A stretch of 60,000 bases of DNA from contig OZ076409.1 in NCBI GenBank assembly GCA_964187785.1, positions 33,606,001 through 33,666,000 on the forward strand, in the 5' to 3' direction. Origin of the DNA: Amphiscolops sp. MND2022. Lineage: Eukaryota. Under the pieces are notes generated by a model. The model did no database searches, was not told where the DNA came from, and saw only the letters and a list, made by a program, of their open reading frames with translations. The position numbers and the translations under genes were made by a program. Below are positions 49,160-60,000 of this stretch, in pieces (position 1 is the stretch's first letter; the number at the start of each line of letters is the position of its first letter).

Positions 49160-50640
49160 ATGACCCAAAAAAAGACCCGAAAATAGTAAAAACTGCAAAA
49201 CTTTCCATTTTTAAAATCAATTTATTGAAATTTTTGTCAAATTTTCGATAGATGTCGTGGATCAAAAAATTGAAAAGGTTCGAAAGGGCAAAAATTCGCT
49301 GTCTAGTAATCGTTCATGAAAATATAAATATGGTTTTCTTGAAAGAAAGACCCAAAAATGACAAAAAACCAAAAACTTCCCAATTTCTAACGTTTTTACG
49401 CAATTTTTGTCATATTTTCGATAGACTTCGTGGATTAGAATGCTGAAAAAGCTCAATATGGTACTCATTCGTTGTCCAGATGGCTTCTCCGAAGAGATAG
49501 TTGCTGTTTTCTGAATGAAAATGTCTCAAATTGACACCGGAAATGACAAAAATCCCGAAATTTTTCAATTTTCAAAGATTTTATGCATTTTTCTTGATTT
49601 TTGCAGGACTTTGTGGAATGGAACGATGAAAAGCATCAACAAGGAAAGAATTTGTTGTCCAGTAGGATTTTCCGAAGAGTTTATTCAAGTTTTCCAAGAA
49701 AATGTCTCAAATTGAAACCGAAAACGACAAAAAACCCAAAATTTTCCAATTTTCAATTATTTCATACATTTTTTCACAAATTTTCGACAGACTCCGTCTA
49801 CTATAACGTTAAAAAGGGTCAACAGACAAAGAATGTGTTGTCCAGTATGCTTATAAAAAAAGATAAATGCAGTTTTTCAAACGAAATCTCCGGAATTGAC
49901 ATCGGAAAAGACAAAATTTTCCGATTTTCAATATTTCCGTTCAATTTTTGTCAAAATATCGATAGACTTCGTGGACTAGAATGGTAAAACGCCTAAGGCA
50001 TGGGCAAGTGTGTTGTTGTTCCATTGAGCTTTCGTCACGACAAAAGTTCAATTTGTAGTAGGATAATGCTTCAAATTGACTCTGTCAAAAAAGTTGAAGA
50101 TTTGTCGTTTTTGATGCATTTTCTGTACATTTTCCGAAAGATTACGTTCTAAGTTCCAACACAATCAACCAACAACAAAAAACGAGCTTTGCAATACATT
50201 CTTTGAAGTAAAATTTTCCAGCATTTTGCTTCAAAAACACTTCAGAATGACTCCAAAGTAGTCGAAAAATTTCAACATCTTCATTTTTGTGCAACTTGTG
50301 TACTTTTTGAATAGTTTTAGAGTTAGAATGTTGGCAAACGTTCAACAAAGAGTCAATTCATATTCCGGTAGGCTTTAAAGGAATATCTGCAGACTTCTGT
50401 TAGAAAATGGCTCAAAATTGACCGTAAAAATTCAAAAATGTCGCAATTTTTGTCGATTTCAGACATTTTCACTGAACTTTTATTTGAGATACGAAAATTT
50501 CGGTAAAATAAAAGTTTCGAAAAACTCCAGATGATAAAACTAGGTCCGAAGCACGTTTCACAAAAAAATGCCTAATTTATGGTCCTCAGAATGACCCAAA
50601 TATTGGGAAAACTGAGAACTTTCGAATTTTTACAACTTTA
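49160..50640. repeat. Degenerate ~170-185 bp tandem repeat array
   Basis: A TGAC.C..AAA..ACAAAAA-type anchor recurs at ~49349, 49531, 49712, 49896, 50076, 50247, 50418 and 50591. Confidence 0.6.
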
Positions 50641-53572
50641 GGCAGTTTCCTGTACAATGTTTGAGCTACTTCCTTGCATGAAGAGGTGTAAACAAACTCA
50701 ACAATGACTAATACGGGTATCTCCAGTAGGTAATTTTGTAGAGATAACTGCATTTTTTGTTGAAATTGGCTTTAAAACACCCAAAGATCCGTGAAACAAC
50801 AAAAAAGCACGTTGTTTGACAAACTAATACCAAACTTTTGTCCAAACCACAAAAACTTTTGAAGAACAGAACTTCCAACGAACTGAGCGTTGAAACTATA
50901 AGGTATTCAAAACGCAATTGTGGAAAAAGTGGGATGAAGTTCATCGAGTTAACAACAAAAGTCTCAACGTTTCCGAACTTTCTTTACTTTCGACAATAAA
51001 TACCCAATTTTTGACCCTTACCGAAACTATACCTCACTCAGAAATACCATAGGCGCAGGATTGAAATGTTTAGCTACCGGAAGTGTTTCGAAAAGATATC
51101 AGACAAGTTTAATTGCCCAACTTTCAAAAATTTACTGAACACGTAAATTTCGACCTCATTTATCCAATATTTATATTCAAAAACCTCCAAGAAAAATCAT
51201 TAGATATGGAGTACACCTTCCAAAGGAAAATGTTTCGAGCAACTTCGTGAGTTAGAATGGTGCAAACATTCAACAACAGCTAAACTCGGTGTCAAGTAGG
51301 CCTAACTTTGAAGAGACATCCGTAGATTCATGTTAGAAAAGTTCCTCAAGTTGACTCCAAAGTTGCAAAAACTATTTCCAATTTTTAACACTTCTGGTGA
51401 AACTATTTGCTAAAATTATAACAAATCCGGATCGCTGAACTTTCCTAAATTTGCAAAAGACCTAGTTTCAAGCTTTTACCAGTTTCTCAGTGCCAAAAAT
51501 TTTCTCAAGAAATACGCCGGAAACTAGGAAACCACTCTTTGCCCAACAGGAATCACAAAAATCTATTTTTCTATTTTTTTTTCTGGTAAAATTCTCTGAT
51601 GGCGAAACGCGTTTCAGCTCGCAAAACTACCTGTCTCAAGCCGAAATCAGCTATGAAAGCAAGGGGTAATTTCCACAATCAAGAAGAAACCTCGTCAGTT
51701 CCATATGATCAAAAGTAACAAAGAAGTCACCCCAAGACTCGGGAAACCTATTTCCGTCATAGAAAACCTCAAAAATTAATAATTGCAAAAAGTGTTTTTC
51801 AAAAATTATTTTCAAAAAGTTATTGAAAGTTTTATCTTTTCTCGGCGAGTTGCATACTGCCAAAAAAAAACGAAAAGTGGCCAGCTATCGCAGAAATTCT
51901 AAGTTAGGGGTTTCCTTCCAAATGGGCTATAATGAATCAAAGCTTTCCTTTCTTCGAAATTCTTTGCGCTTTTATAGTGCATTGGCTATTCTCGAGCCTC
52001 GATTTTAGTTAGTTGTAGAACAGTTTGGGGCGGAAAATATCTCGCTGCTCAGCGGGCGTCTTGTTTTGAAGTCAACAAAAAAATTAATACCATTACCAGT
52101 TTCTCAAATCTTTAACGAATACGTTGACTTTGATGCTTTCAGGACTCTAATCGAATCGTACACTTTTGGTTTTTTCAAGAAACGAAAAAAAATCACATTT
52201 AACACGAGATTTTTTCCAACCATTTTTCTCAAAACCTACTAGACGCTGGTGGAAAACTGGAATGTATGGATTATGCTTCTTCTGCGGCCGCGGGGGGTTA
52301 ATAAGAGAACAAGGATCAAATACCATTTTGTCGATATCGACATCGTTTGCACTGAACTTTCGGTACCTTGGCGGAATAAGAAACATGGTCCGAAAGTACT
52401 TTCCACTTGGCATAAAGGTTAACGCGTACTTCTCTGCCAGATGACGGGGCTTGAGAAAACTTTTGACGGGGCCAAAACTTTTTTCTTGGCAGAGAACGAA
52501 AGGAGACCAAAAACCTTAGAGGTTTTTTCGGCATCATGCAACTTTCTGAAACTTTTCATTATGCCAAAGGCCTCATTCTTTTTCAAGTTTTCATTAGGAA
52601 AAAATTTTCCTGTATACCTTCCTCTGGCTTTTTTCCACAGTGTGAATTTTCTAAAGGAACTATAGGTCTCTTAATTTCTTCGTCATCACCACGAAAAACT
52701 TGCGAGCTGAGAGGGCCCTATTGGTCAGTCTGGAAAATCAGTCAAGAAAATTTGTGCTCTAGAAAAATTACTGTCTAGAAAAAAACGAACATCTAAAAAC
52801 AACGTAAACAATGAGAAACGAGGCGTCTACCAGTTTATTTGTTCAATAACGAGGCTACCTGTCCTACATCATTTCAAGTTCACAGAAAGCATTTTTTCAA
52901 AAGAAAAACTGTCACTGGTGATTTTGGAGGACTTTTAAAAGTTGCTGAGGACTATGAACAGCTAACTTGGGCTTTGCAGATTTGAGTTTTAGGGTTTGCG
53001 AAGGATTTTCCTTTGAGAATGGTAAAAATTGAACAATTCCAACCAACCATTTCACCTCAGACGAAAGATATCTAGTAGGAAAGTTTAATAGAAAACAATT
53101 TAAGTTTCCATTCTCAATATAAACAAGTGGTACATTTTATTTCAATTCCCTCTAATAAAATGAAGATTCAAGAAACATCATTCCGAAAACCGAATGTCTG
53201 AATTTTTCTGAATCGAAAATATTTTGAAAATTATATGAATAAACTCACTTTGAAAAGTATGAATAGTAGGCAAAAGTGGAAAATCATTTGGTTATTTGCT
53301 TTGATTTTTGTTTTCTCACAATAGCGTAGTTTCTCGCGCTCACGAGCAACTATGAATGCTAGTTTTTCAGGTCAATAAGTTTCTAAAGAAGCTCAATTGG
53401 ACAATTGAATGCGCAACTGTTTGTGGAAAGAGTACTTTGACCCATGCAAAAACGATTGTTTCCGAAAACTAGACTGCGTTTCTGCTAAAATTCACATCGC
53501 AAAACCAACGATAGTTTTGAAAATATACTATTGATGAAAGCATTGCATGAATTTATTTTGCAATTAAGCCAC

Positions 53573-53786
53573 TGTGGAATGCAGAAACCAAACTGCCATA
53601 TTACATAACCGTCACATCGGACAGAGAGTTGTTTAGAACATTATTTACTAACAAACTCTAATTGTTTCTGTCCTATTTATGTTGATAGCTTTATAGATCA
53701 TACATTTGTTTGAGAATACTTTAGAACGGTTGCTAAAACACTTACTCCTCCTAATCTGTTTTTAACTGAGATGTTAGATCTTAACA
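53573..53786 (+). repeat. 5' LTR of element D
   Basis: TGTGGAATGC...GATCTTAACA, matching 59057-59270. Confidence 0.96.
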
Positions 53787-53805
53787 TGGCGCAGTAAGCA
53801 AGATT
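53787..53805 (+). other. Primer-binding site of element D (TGGCGCAGTAAGCAAGATT), tRNA-Ser-like
   Basis: Immediately follows the 5' LTR and resembles the TGGCGCAGT.. tRNA-Ser PBS class. Confidence 0.82.
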
Positions 53806-53852
53806 TTACCTTTTTACCCCATAAAACACCCTTTCTTAACCCTATCAACAAA

Positions 53853-55265
53853 ATGACCACAGCAACAAAGATACAACTACCGTATCTAGAGGATACCGGT
53901 CTCGACGGAAAGAAAATATATACACCAAGAGAATGGACCGAACGATTCCGGCACTACGTAAAAAGAATCCACAATATCGACATCAAACAAATATTGACGG
54001 ATGACACGGTACCCACCGACGGAGATTGGAACACAAAAGAACCAGAAATCAGGCAGGATTTTATCTGGAGCGCCGGACCGTCGGCTATCGAGATCATCAC
54101 CAAAGGGGAATTCAATACAGACCCCGATACGATCAAAACCGAAAAGTTAATACAACTATTCCGGGAACACTATATCCCCAAAAGAAATACATATCACAGC
54201 CGTGGAGATTTCTTCTGGGCAAAACAAGAAGAAAACGAAACACCCGAAGAGCACTGGAAAAAACTAGTAACACTGGAGAAAAACTGCGATTTCAAGAACA
54301 TAAAGCAAGAAGATATCCTCATATCAAAATTTATCACAAGTATAACCGACAAAAAACTTCGGGAAAAACTTATCCGTGAAAAAACCTTAGACCTGAAAAC
54401 AACCATAGAACTCCTTACCCAAAACAGCTACGACCGCCGAAACAAACAATCCACCATACCACCCGCTTTGGCGAAGGACAAAGAAATAAAACAAGAGCCC
54501 ATACAAAGAATACAAACAAAACAATACCGTAACCAACCGAAGAAAAACAACTGCGGATTCTGCGGACAGCAAAACTGGACACCACAACATAACTGCCCGG
54601 CAAAAATGACAAAATGCAATAATTGCCAGAAAATAGGACATTTTGCACGAGTATGCCGCGGAAAACCGAACAACAACACAAGAAAAATCAACTACCTGGA
54701 AGACATAACATCAGAAGAAGACGATGAAGAAAGTGGACCCGAAGAAATACACCAAATCACACAAATAAACAAAATAATACCGGACAACAACGACCATTAC
54801 GGAGTAGAAATAAAAATAAACGGAAGAAAACAAAAATTCATCATCGACACCGGCTCTCCGGTTAGCATCATGCCAAACGATAAAACCCTATACAAACCAG
54901 AAGATATCCAACCGCTGAAGGAAAGATATCAAGACGTAAACAAGAACGAAATAAAATTCCTAGGGAAAGTATGGGTAAATATCGAATACAACAACACACA
55001 AACCAACCTACCACTCCTGATCACAAAAAGAACCGACATAACACCATTATTAGGTGTAAATTGGCTGAAACAATTACCAATCACTATCAACGGCATCTCA
55101 TTGAACAAAGAAACCAACCAATCAGAAGCAGCGATACATACAAAATTCAGAAAGCTATTTGAAACAAACCACACAATCAAGAATACCGAAGTGAAAATAC
55201 AAATCAAACCGGGGTGCTACCCAATACAGCAGAAAGCACGACCAATCACCTACAAGACGATGTAA
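53853..55265 (+). CDS. Gag plus aspartic protease of element D (frameshifted just before RT)
   Basis: CGFCGQQNWTPQHNC and CNNCQKIGHFARVC Cys motifs; protease FIIDTGSPVSIM...LLGVNWL. Confidence 0.92.
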   Translation: MTTATKIQLPYLEDTGLDGKKIYTPREWTERFRHYVKRIHNIDIKQILTDDTVPTDGDWNTKEPEIRQDFIWSAGPSAIEIITKGEFNTDPDTIKTEKLIQLFREHYIPKRNTYHSRGDFFWAKQEENETPEEHWKKLVTLEKNCDFKNIKQEDILISKFITSITDKKLREKLIREKTLDLKTTIELLTQNSYDRRNKQSTIPPALAKDKEIKQEPIQRIQTKQYRNQPKKNNCGFCGQQNWTPQHNCPAKMTKCNNCQKIGHFARVCRGKPNNNTRKINYLEDITSEEDDEESGPEEIHQITQINKIIPDNNDHYGVEIKINGRKQKFIIDTGSPVSIMPNDKTLYKPEDIQPLKERYQDVNKNEIKFLGKVWVNIEYNNTQTNLPLLITKRTDITPLLGVNWLKQLPITINGISLNKETNQSEAAIHTKFRKLFETNHTIKNTEVKIQIKPGCYPIQQKARPITYKTM

Positions 55266-55736
55266 AAAACGAACTGAACCGACTAATAAAATCCGGACAC
55301 CTAGAAAGATTGGAAACAATCGAAGAAGACTGTTTCGTATCCCCCGTAGTAATTACGGTAAAAAAAGACAAAACGGTCAAAATTGCACTTGACGCCCGCA
55401 AACTAAACGAAAGCTGTATCAAAAAGAGACCACACATGCCAAATATGGACGAACTAATCAATCAAATCTCATCTGAGTTATCAAAGAATGAATCAGACCC
55501 AATCTGGATATCAGTAATAGATTTGGACTACGCCTACGGACAAATGAGACTAGCACCGGAAACAAGCAAACACTGCAACCTCGCGATCACGGGCGAGAAA
55601 ATAAATGGATATTACCGATTCCTAAAGGGATTTTACGGACCAGCCGACATACCAACAACCTTCCAAGAAAAAATAGACCGAACACTCGGCCACCAAATAC
55701 CCGTGTGGTTGGATGACATAATTATCGCAACACGCG
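55247..55736 (+). pseudogene. Truncated reverse transcriptase of element D
   Basis: SPVVITVKKD, IALDARKLN, VIDLDYAYGQ, GFYG and WLDDIII motifs, then a jump to AIQYFAKFIPNLS in another frame. Confidence 0.9.
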
Positions 55737-55787
55737 ATACAATATTTCGCAAAATTCATACCAAACCTATCCGAAAAAACCGACAAC

Positions 55788-58700
55788 ATGCGGCAGTTAT
55801 TGAAAAAAGGAACAAAATGGGAATGTACGAAAGAACGTAACACCGATTTCAAAAACCTAAAGAAAGAACTAACGACACAAGCATGCCTAGCACACTACAA
55901 CGGCAACAAAGATAACATTGTCACTACCGATGCAAGTAACACCGGTCTGGGAATAGCCCTATGGCAACGACAAAACAATAACGAACTGAAACCGATCGCA
56001 TTCGCCAGCAGATACTTAAACGACGCAGAAAAAAAATATTCTGTAGGTGAATTAGAATTATTAGCCGTCGTATGGGGCCTTGAACGGTTTAGATTCCACT
56101 TATACGGAAAACAAGTTCAACTTTTCTCAGACCACCAAGCTTTAGAACCTTTACTAAAGAAAAACAAAATAAACAAACAGTACAGCGCACGACTAACACG
56201 ATGGTTAGATAGATTAAACCATTTTGATATAACACTGAAATACACCGCCGGAAAAGAAATCAAATTTACCGATTTCATTAGCCGAAATCCGACAGAAACC
56301 GCAGATCCGGAAGAAAATTACGAAGAAGAATTTGTCATCAACGCCATCGCGCAACTTGCAACGGTAAATAAACATATTGGACGGATTTTCAACCAATCAG
56401 AAAACAGCAACACCGCAAAGACGGACAACATGCACGATACGCGCAAGCGGACTGGTACGAACCACTGCAAAACAAACAACGGCCATTCTAACTCAACACT
56501 GACCGCATATCAAACAACTACGGACAAAAGCGAACAATTGACAAATCAATCTCGCGCTGCCAATACAGAAAATAAAACAATGGCAGATAACAATAACAAC
56601 CGTCAAAATACGGACAAATTCAACCGCGACAGCCAATTAAAATACCACTGGGGCGCAGACGATGAGATCATGGGAATCATCAACAGGCGAGACAATTCAC
56701 CAGAAACAAAAGAACTCATCGAAAGAAGAATCGAATTGACAAAACCCGGCCATATGCGATATCAATGGCACAAAAAACTAGACAGAGAAATCCTTCTCCC
56801 AAGAAGACCAAATGACGGCGACCGAAAAGAAATAAAAAGAATCGACATCCGCGATACACACCTGGGAGGTGGATATTTCAAAGACTTCGGTGACGAAATC
56901 CCACCAGCAATAGGAACAACCACCGAAACCAACCCGGACACAATCAGCGTACAAAAAACTACGCACGACACCGAATCAACGGTCTCCTCATCGCCGGAGG
57001 AACCCACCACCACAAAGGAACCAGGATCTTACCCAGCAATCCCCGTACAAGAATATCGAGACGAACCGATAGAGGAAATAGCCGTCCGATACGTACGGAT
57101 AAATCGCGTCATCGAAGAACGAGCTCCGAGAAACCGGCAAGAAGAGGATAACATTCGAGCAGCTGAACTAGACTTCATGCTCGACCTGGAAACCCTCATA
57201 AAAGAAACATCAGCGGACCCAGACCTGATAGAACTACAATGTTGCCTAGAAGATAAAAACATGCTAGCAATCCCCGAAGACTACAAACACGTAGCCAAGA
57301 GATTAACACACCGCTGGGGAATAACAATGATCGACGACCGCATTATCATCCCGAAAAGCCTCCGCTATGCTGCACTAAATGCCCTACACTTCGGTCACCC
57401 GGGAGTTAACAAGATGTGCAACGACGCAACAATCTTCTGGTGGCCAAACATGCGAGCCGACATCGAAAAGAAAGCAAGAACGTGCTCCGCCTGCTTAAAC
57501 GCCGGTAAGAATTTAAAAACACAACTACCAAATACCGAAAAATCAAAAATTGAACCGCCAAAAAACCCAGGGCAGGAAATTCAAATTGATTTTACGGGAA
57601 ACCTAAATAGTAAACATCTAAATTCATCCCCATTCATCCTAGTGGCCGTCGACAAAAACAGCCGATGGCCAGTAGCAAAAATCTGCAAGAATACTAACCA
57701 CGATACGGTTATAACATTCCTACGGGAATATATAAACGTATATGGCGTACCGGAAAAAATCAAATCAGATAGAGGTAGTGCTTTCATCTCGAAAGAATAC
57801 AAGAACTTCTGCAACGAACAAAACATAATCCGTAAATACGGTACTCCAAACCTACACACTGGAACAGGATTGGTCGAAAGAACCATCCAATCACTGAAGA
57901 ACTTAATAAAAGCAAACCTAGAAGACACACAAAATCTACGCGAAAGCTTAAACAAAGCATTATATGTATTACGCTTCACCACACATACTGAAATGAAGAA
58001 AACCCCTTTCGAACAACATTTTGGACGGAAACCAAGAACAAAACTATCTAACCTCAAAAATGCTATTTCAGTTGACTCCAAAGAACTGTCGGTGTACATT
58101 ACACGAAACTCCACCGGTGAAATCACGGATCACCTAGTAATGTCGAAGAAAAAGAACAACGACCCAAAATACCGGAGGGGAATGACGTTCACCCAAAACA
58201 AGAAACCGTCAAATACGGTAAGTAACAACTACCCATTTACTTTCTACGAAAAAGCACATACAAAAAGCTCACTCGGTAGCAAATTCGAAAATAAACCGCA
58301 AACCGCAATTTCCGGGACAAAACATACAATCACTACCGATAAAAACAAAGTCATACACAGAAAACTAATATCTAACCCGAAACCATATCAGAACGCCGCA
58401 ACAACAACGGAGAGGATAAATACGAGACAATCGACCGAACAACCCTCCTGCTCAAAAACAAACGAAGGTGGAACTACAACCTGCAGCTACCGTAGAAAAG
58501 AACCACCACGACCAGAAAACGCCGAAAACAGCTCAGACTGGCTAAAAAGAAAAGAACAACCAAGAAACCAAAAAGGACAATTCACCAGCCCAGAAAAATC
58601 TACGGGAAAACCCATGGAACTAGACTTGAGCATAGTGTCCGACGAAGAATTCCAATGCTACAACACAAGCGATGGAAAACCCGTACATACAAATCTGGAC

Positions 58701-59120
58701 GATGAATTACAACTCCTACCGAAGGAAACGAACCTAACACCAGAGACAGGTATTAAAACCACAAATGAACAGAACCTATCCGTGAGAAAATCAAAAAGAA
58801 TACCATACGCCAAACAAACCGAAAAATTAGGCGGTATACCTTACCAAACCAATAATAATAAAAAGAAAACAAATAAACATTGTGTTTTACAGGAAAATCC
58901 GACAACTCCTTCGGACCAAACGCAGACAAACAGTGAAGAAGAAACAGACGACCGTAAAATACGGATGATCACAAAGGAACTACAAAATAACCGTACTATA
59001 CGGATCTTCAAACCCAACAAACCGCACAAACCCGATTTCATCCGGTGGGGAGGAAATGTGGAATGCAGAAACCAAACTGCCATATTACATAACTGTCACA
59101 TCGGACAGAGAGTTGTTTAG
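55788..59120 (+). CDS. RNase H, long spacer, integrase and long C-terminal tail of element D; the ORF ends inside the 3' LTR
   Basis: TTDASNTGLG, IAFASRYL, ELELLAVVW, DFISR; LHFGH...CSAC; QIDFTG, KSDRGSAF, LVERTI. Confidence 0.92.
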   Translation: MRQLLKKGTKWECTKERNTDFKNLKKELTTQACLAHYNGNKDNIVTTDASNTGLGIALWQRQNNNELKPIAFASRYLNDAEKKYSVGELELLAVVWGLERFRFHLYGKQVQLFSDHQALEPLLKKNKINKQYSARLTRWLDRLNHFDITLKYTAGKEIKFTDFISRNPTETADPEENYEEEFVINAIAQLATVNKHIGRIFNQSENSNTAKTDNMHDTRKRTGTNHCKTNNGHSNSTLTAYQTTTDKSEQLTNQSRAANTENKTMADNNNNRQNTDKFNRDSQLKYHWGADDEIMGIINRRDNSPETKELIERRIELTKPGHMRYQWHKKLDREILLPRRPNDGDRKEIKRIDIRDTHLGGGYFKDFGDEIPPAIGTTTETNPDTISVQKTTHDTESTVSSSPEEPTTTKEPGSYPAIPVQEYRDEPIEEIAVRYVRINRVIEERAPRNRQEEDNIRAAELDFMLDLETLIKETSADPDLIELQCCLEDKNMLAIPEDYKHVAKRLTHRWGITMIDDRIIIPKSLRYAALNALHFGHPGVNKMCNDATIFWWPNMRADIEKKARTCSACLNAGKNLKTQLPNTEKSKIEPPKNPGQEIQIDFTGNLNSKHLNSSPFILVAVDKNSRWPVAKICKNTNHDTVITFLREYINVYGVPEKIKSDRGSAFISKEYKNFCNEQNIIRKYGTPNLHTGTGLVERTIQSLKNLIKANLEDTQNLRESLNKALYVLRFTTHTEMKKTPFEQHFGRKPRTKLSNLKNAISVDSKELSVYITRNSTGEITDHLVMSKKKNNDPKYRRGMTFTQNKKPSNTVSNNYPFTFYEKAHTKSSLGSKFENKPQTAISGTKHTITTDKNKVIHRKLISNPKPYQNAATTTERINTRQSTEQPSCSKTNEGGTTTCSYRRKEPPRPENAENSSDWLKRKEQPRNQKGQFTSPEKSTGKPMELDLSIVSDEEFQCYNTSDGKPVHTNLDDELQLLPKETNLTPETGIKTTNEQNLSVRKSKRIPYAKQTEKLGGIPYQTNNNKKKTNKHCVLQENPTTPSDQTQTNSEEETDDRKIRMITKELQNNRTIRIFKPNKPHKPDFIRWGGNVECRNQTAILHNCHIGQRVV
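59047..59056 (+). other. Polypurine tract of element D
   Basis: GGGGAGGAAA directly precedes the TG of the 3' LTR. Confidence 0.88.
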
Positions 59121-59270
59121 AACATTATTTACTAACAAACTCTAATTGTTTCTGTCCTATTTATGTTGATAGCTTTATAGATCATACATTTGTTTGAGAA
59201 TACTTTAGAACGGTTGCTAAAACACTTACTCCTCCTAATCTGTTTTTAACTGAGATGTTAGATCTTAACA
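59057..59270 (+). repeat. 3' LTR of element D
   Basis: One C/T difference from the 5' LTR. Confidence 0.96.
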
Positions 59271-59978
59271 CCCACAAAATAATAGAACAAGCCGCTAACA
59301 CCATAAGTTGGCGCCTCGCTTCAGGCTCAAAAAGAGCAAGAGTACTTCGAAGCGTCAAGGAATCTCCTGAATGAATTATCAATTTCACAGTACCGGAAAA
59401 AGTCTTTCTGCTTTTATTTATTCTCACCAGAAATATCAATTGCTTCGGATTAAATGTCAAATTCAGATACAGTGTGCTTTTCGTTCGATTTCGGAAGGAA
59501 ACGGAACATCAAAACGGATAAGATACGAAACTCCCCTCTTCCCAAGTGAAACGCTATTTATTCAGATATAACGTCGAGAATTCGGATATAGCGCAATATT
59601 TTCTAACCACTATCTCCTCTTCAGTAAAACGTAATTTACTTCGGATATAACATCGAACATCAGGAAATAGTATGCTGCTATAAATAAATGCTTTAACTAA
59701 CTTCTCTGAAATTAATTCGAACCAAAGACATGTCCAGGAGCGGTAGAATGTTTACGAGAGACAACTAAAATCAAATTCACGCTAAAATTTGCGTCAAATT
59801 TTGAGAAAAACACCGCGGAGTTTCCAACCACGGAAACACCGAATTCCATTTTACTGTATTAAATTCGAACAATTTTAGTGAATCTACAATGTGAAGCCAA
59901 AAATTTGAGTAGAGAATTTAGATTGCATATTATGCAATAAATCCTTAGTTAAAGATCTGACTAAAGAGTCGCAAGAAT

Positions 59979-60000
59979 AACAAGCCGGGAACGGCCCAAG
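59979..60000 (-). mobile_element. Terminus of a further Helentron/DINE-1-like copy running off the window
   Basis: AACAAGCCGGGAACGGCCCAAG, the same terminal hairpin as the other copies. Confidence 0.65.

Larger units (their letters stand above)
53573..59270 (+). mobile_element. Ty3/Gypsy LTR retrotransposon D (5.7 kb, 214 bp LTRs), young but defective
   Basis: TG...CA LTRs identical at 213 of 214 positions; 5 bp TSD GCCAC / CCCAC (4 of 5 match); PBS, PPT and gag-PR-RT-RH-IN. Confidence 0.97.

Noticed and set aside
53954..59083. Minus-strand ORFs within element D (for example 57581-58126)
   Set aside because: They are antisense shadows of the A-rich gag-pol frame, with no recognisable domains.

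Overview
Eukaryotic, AT-rich, repeat-dense animal-type genomic DNA (spliceosomal introns; no prokaryotic operons or CRISPR). One well-supported host gene: a four-exon GT31 beta-1,3-galactosyltransferase-like gene on the minus strand (46155->30661, 387 aa, with an 11.5 kb last intron). Three Ty3/Gypsy LTR retrotransposon copies are present: a truncated copy A (1-2850), its near-identical full-length but decayed twin B (5955-11255), and a young but internally deleted element D (53573-59270). There is also a probable fragment of another LTR-type element (2851-5710) and a candidate solo LTR. Non-autonomous DNA elements include about seven copies of a Helentron/DINE-1-like (HINE) family with covarying terminal hairpins, a hAT-type MITE, a foldback element with minisatellite TIRs, a TA-TSD MITE and several long palindromes. 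Tandem arrays include a ~1.4 kb unit array carrying tRNA-like heads and degenerate ~180 bp repeats. The most unusual observation is that element B is flanked by a 147 bp direct duplication instead of a 4-6 bp TSD, and its 3' LTR end lacks the conserved CA. All coordinates, alignments and mismatch counts were read by eye.
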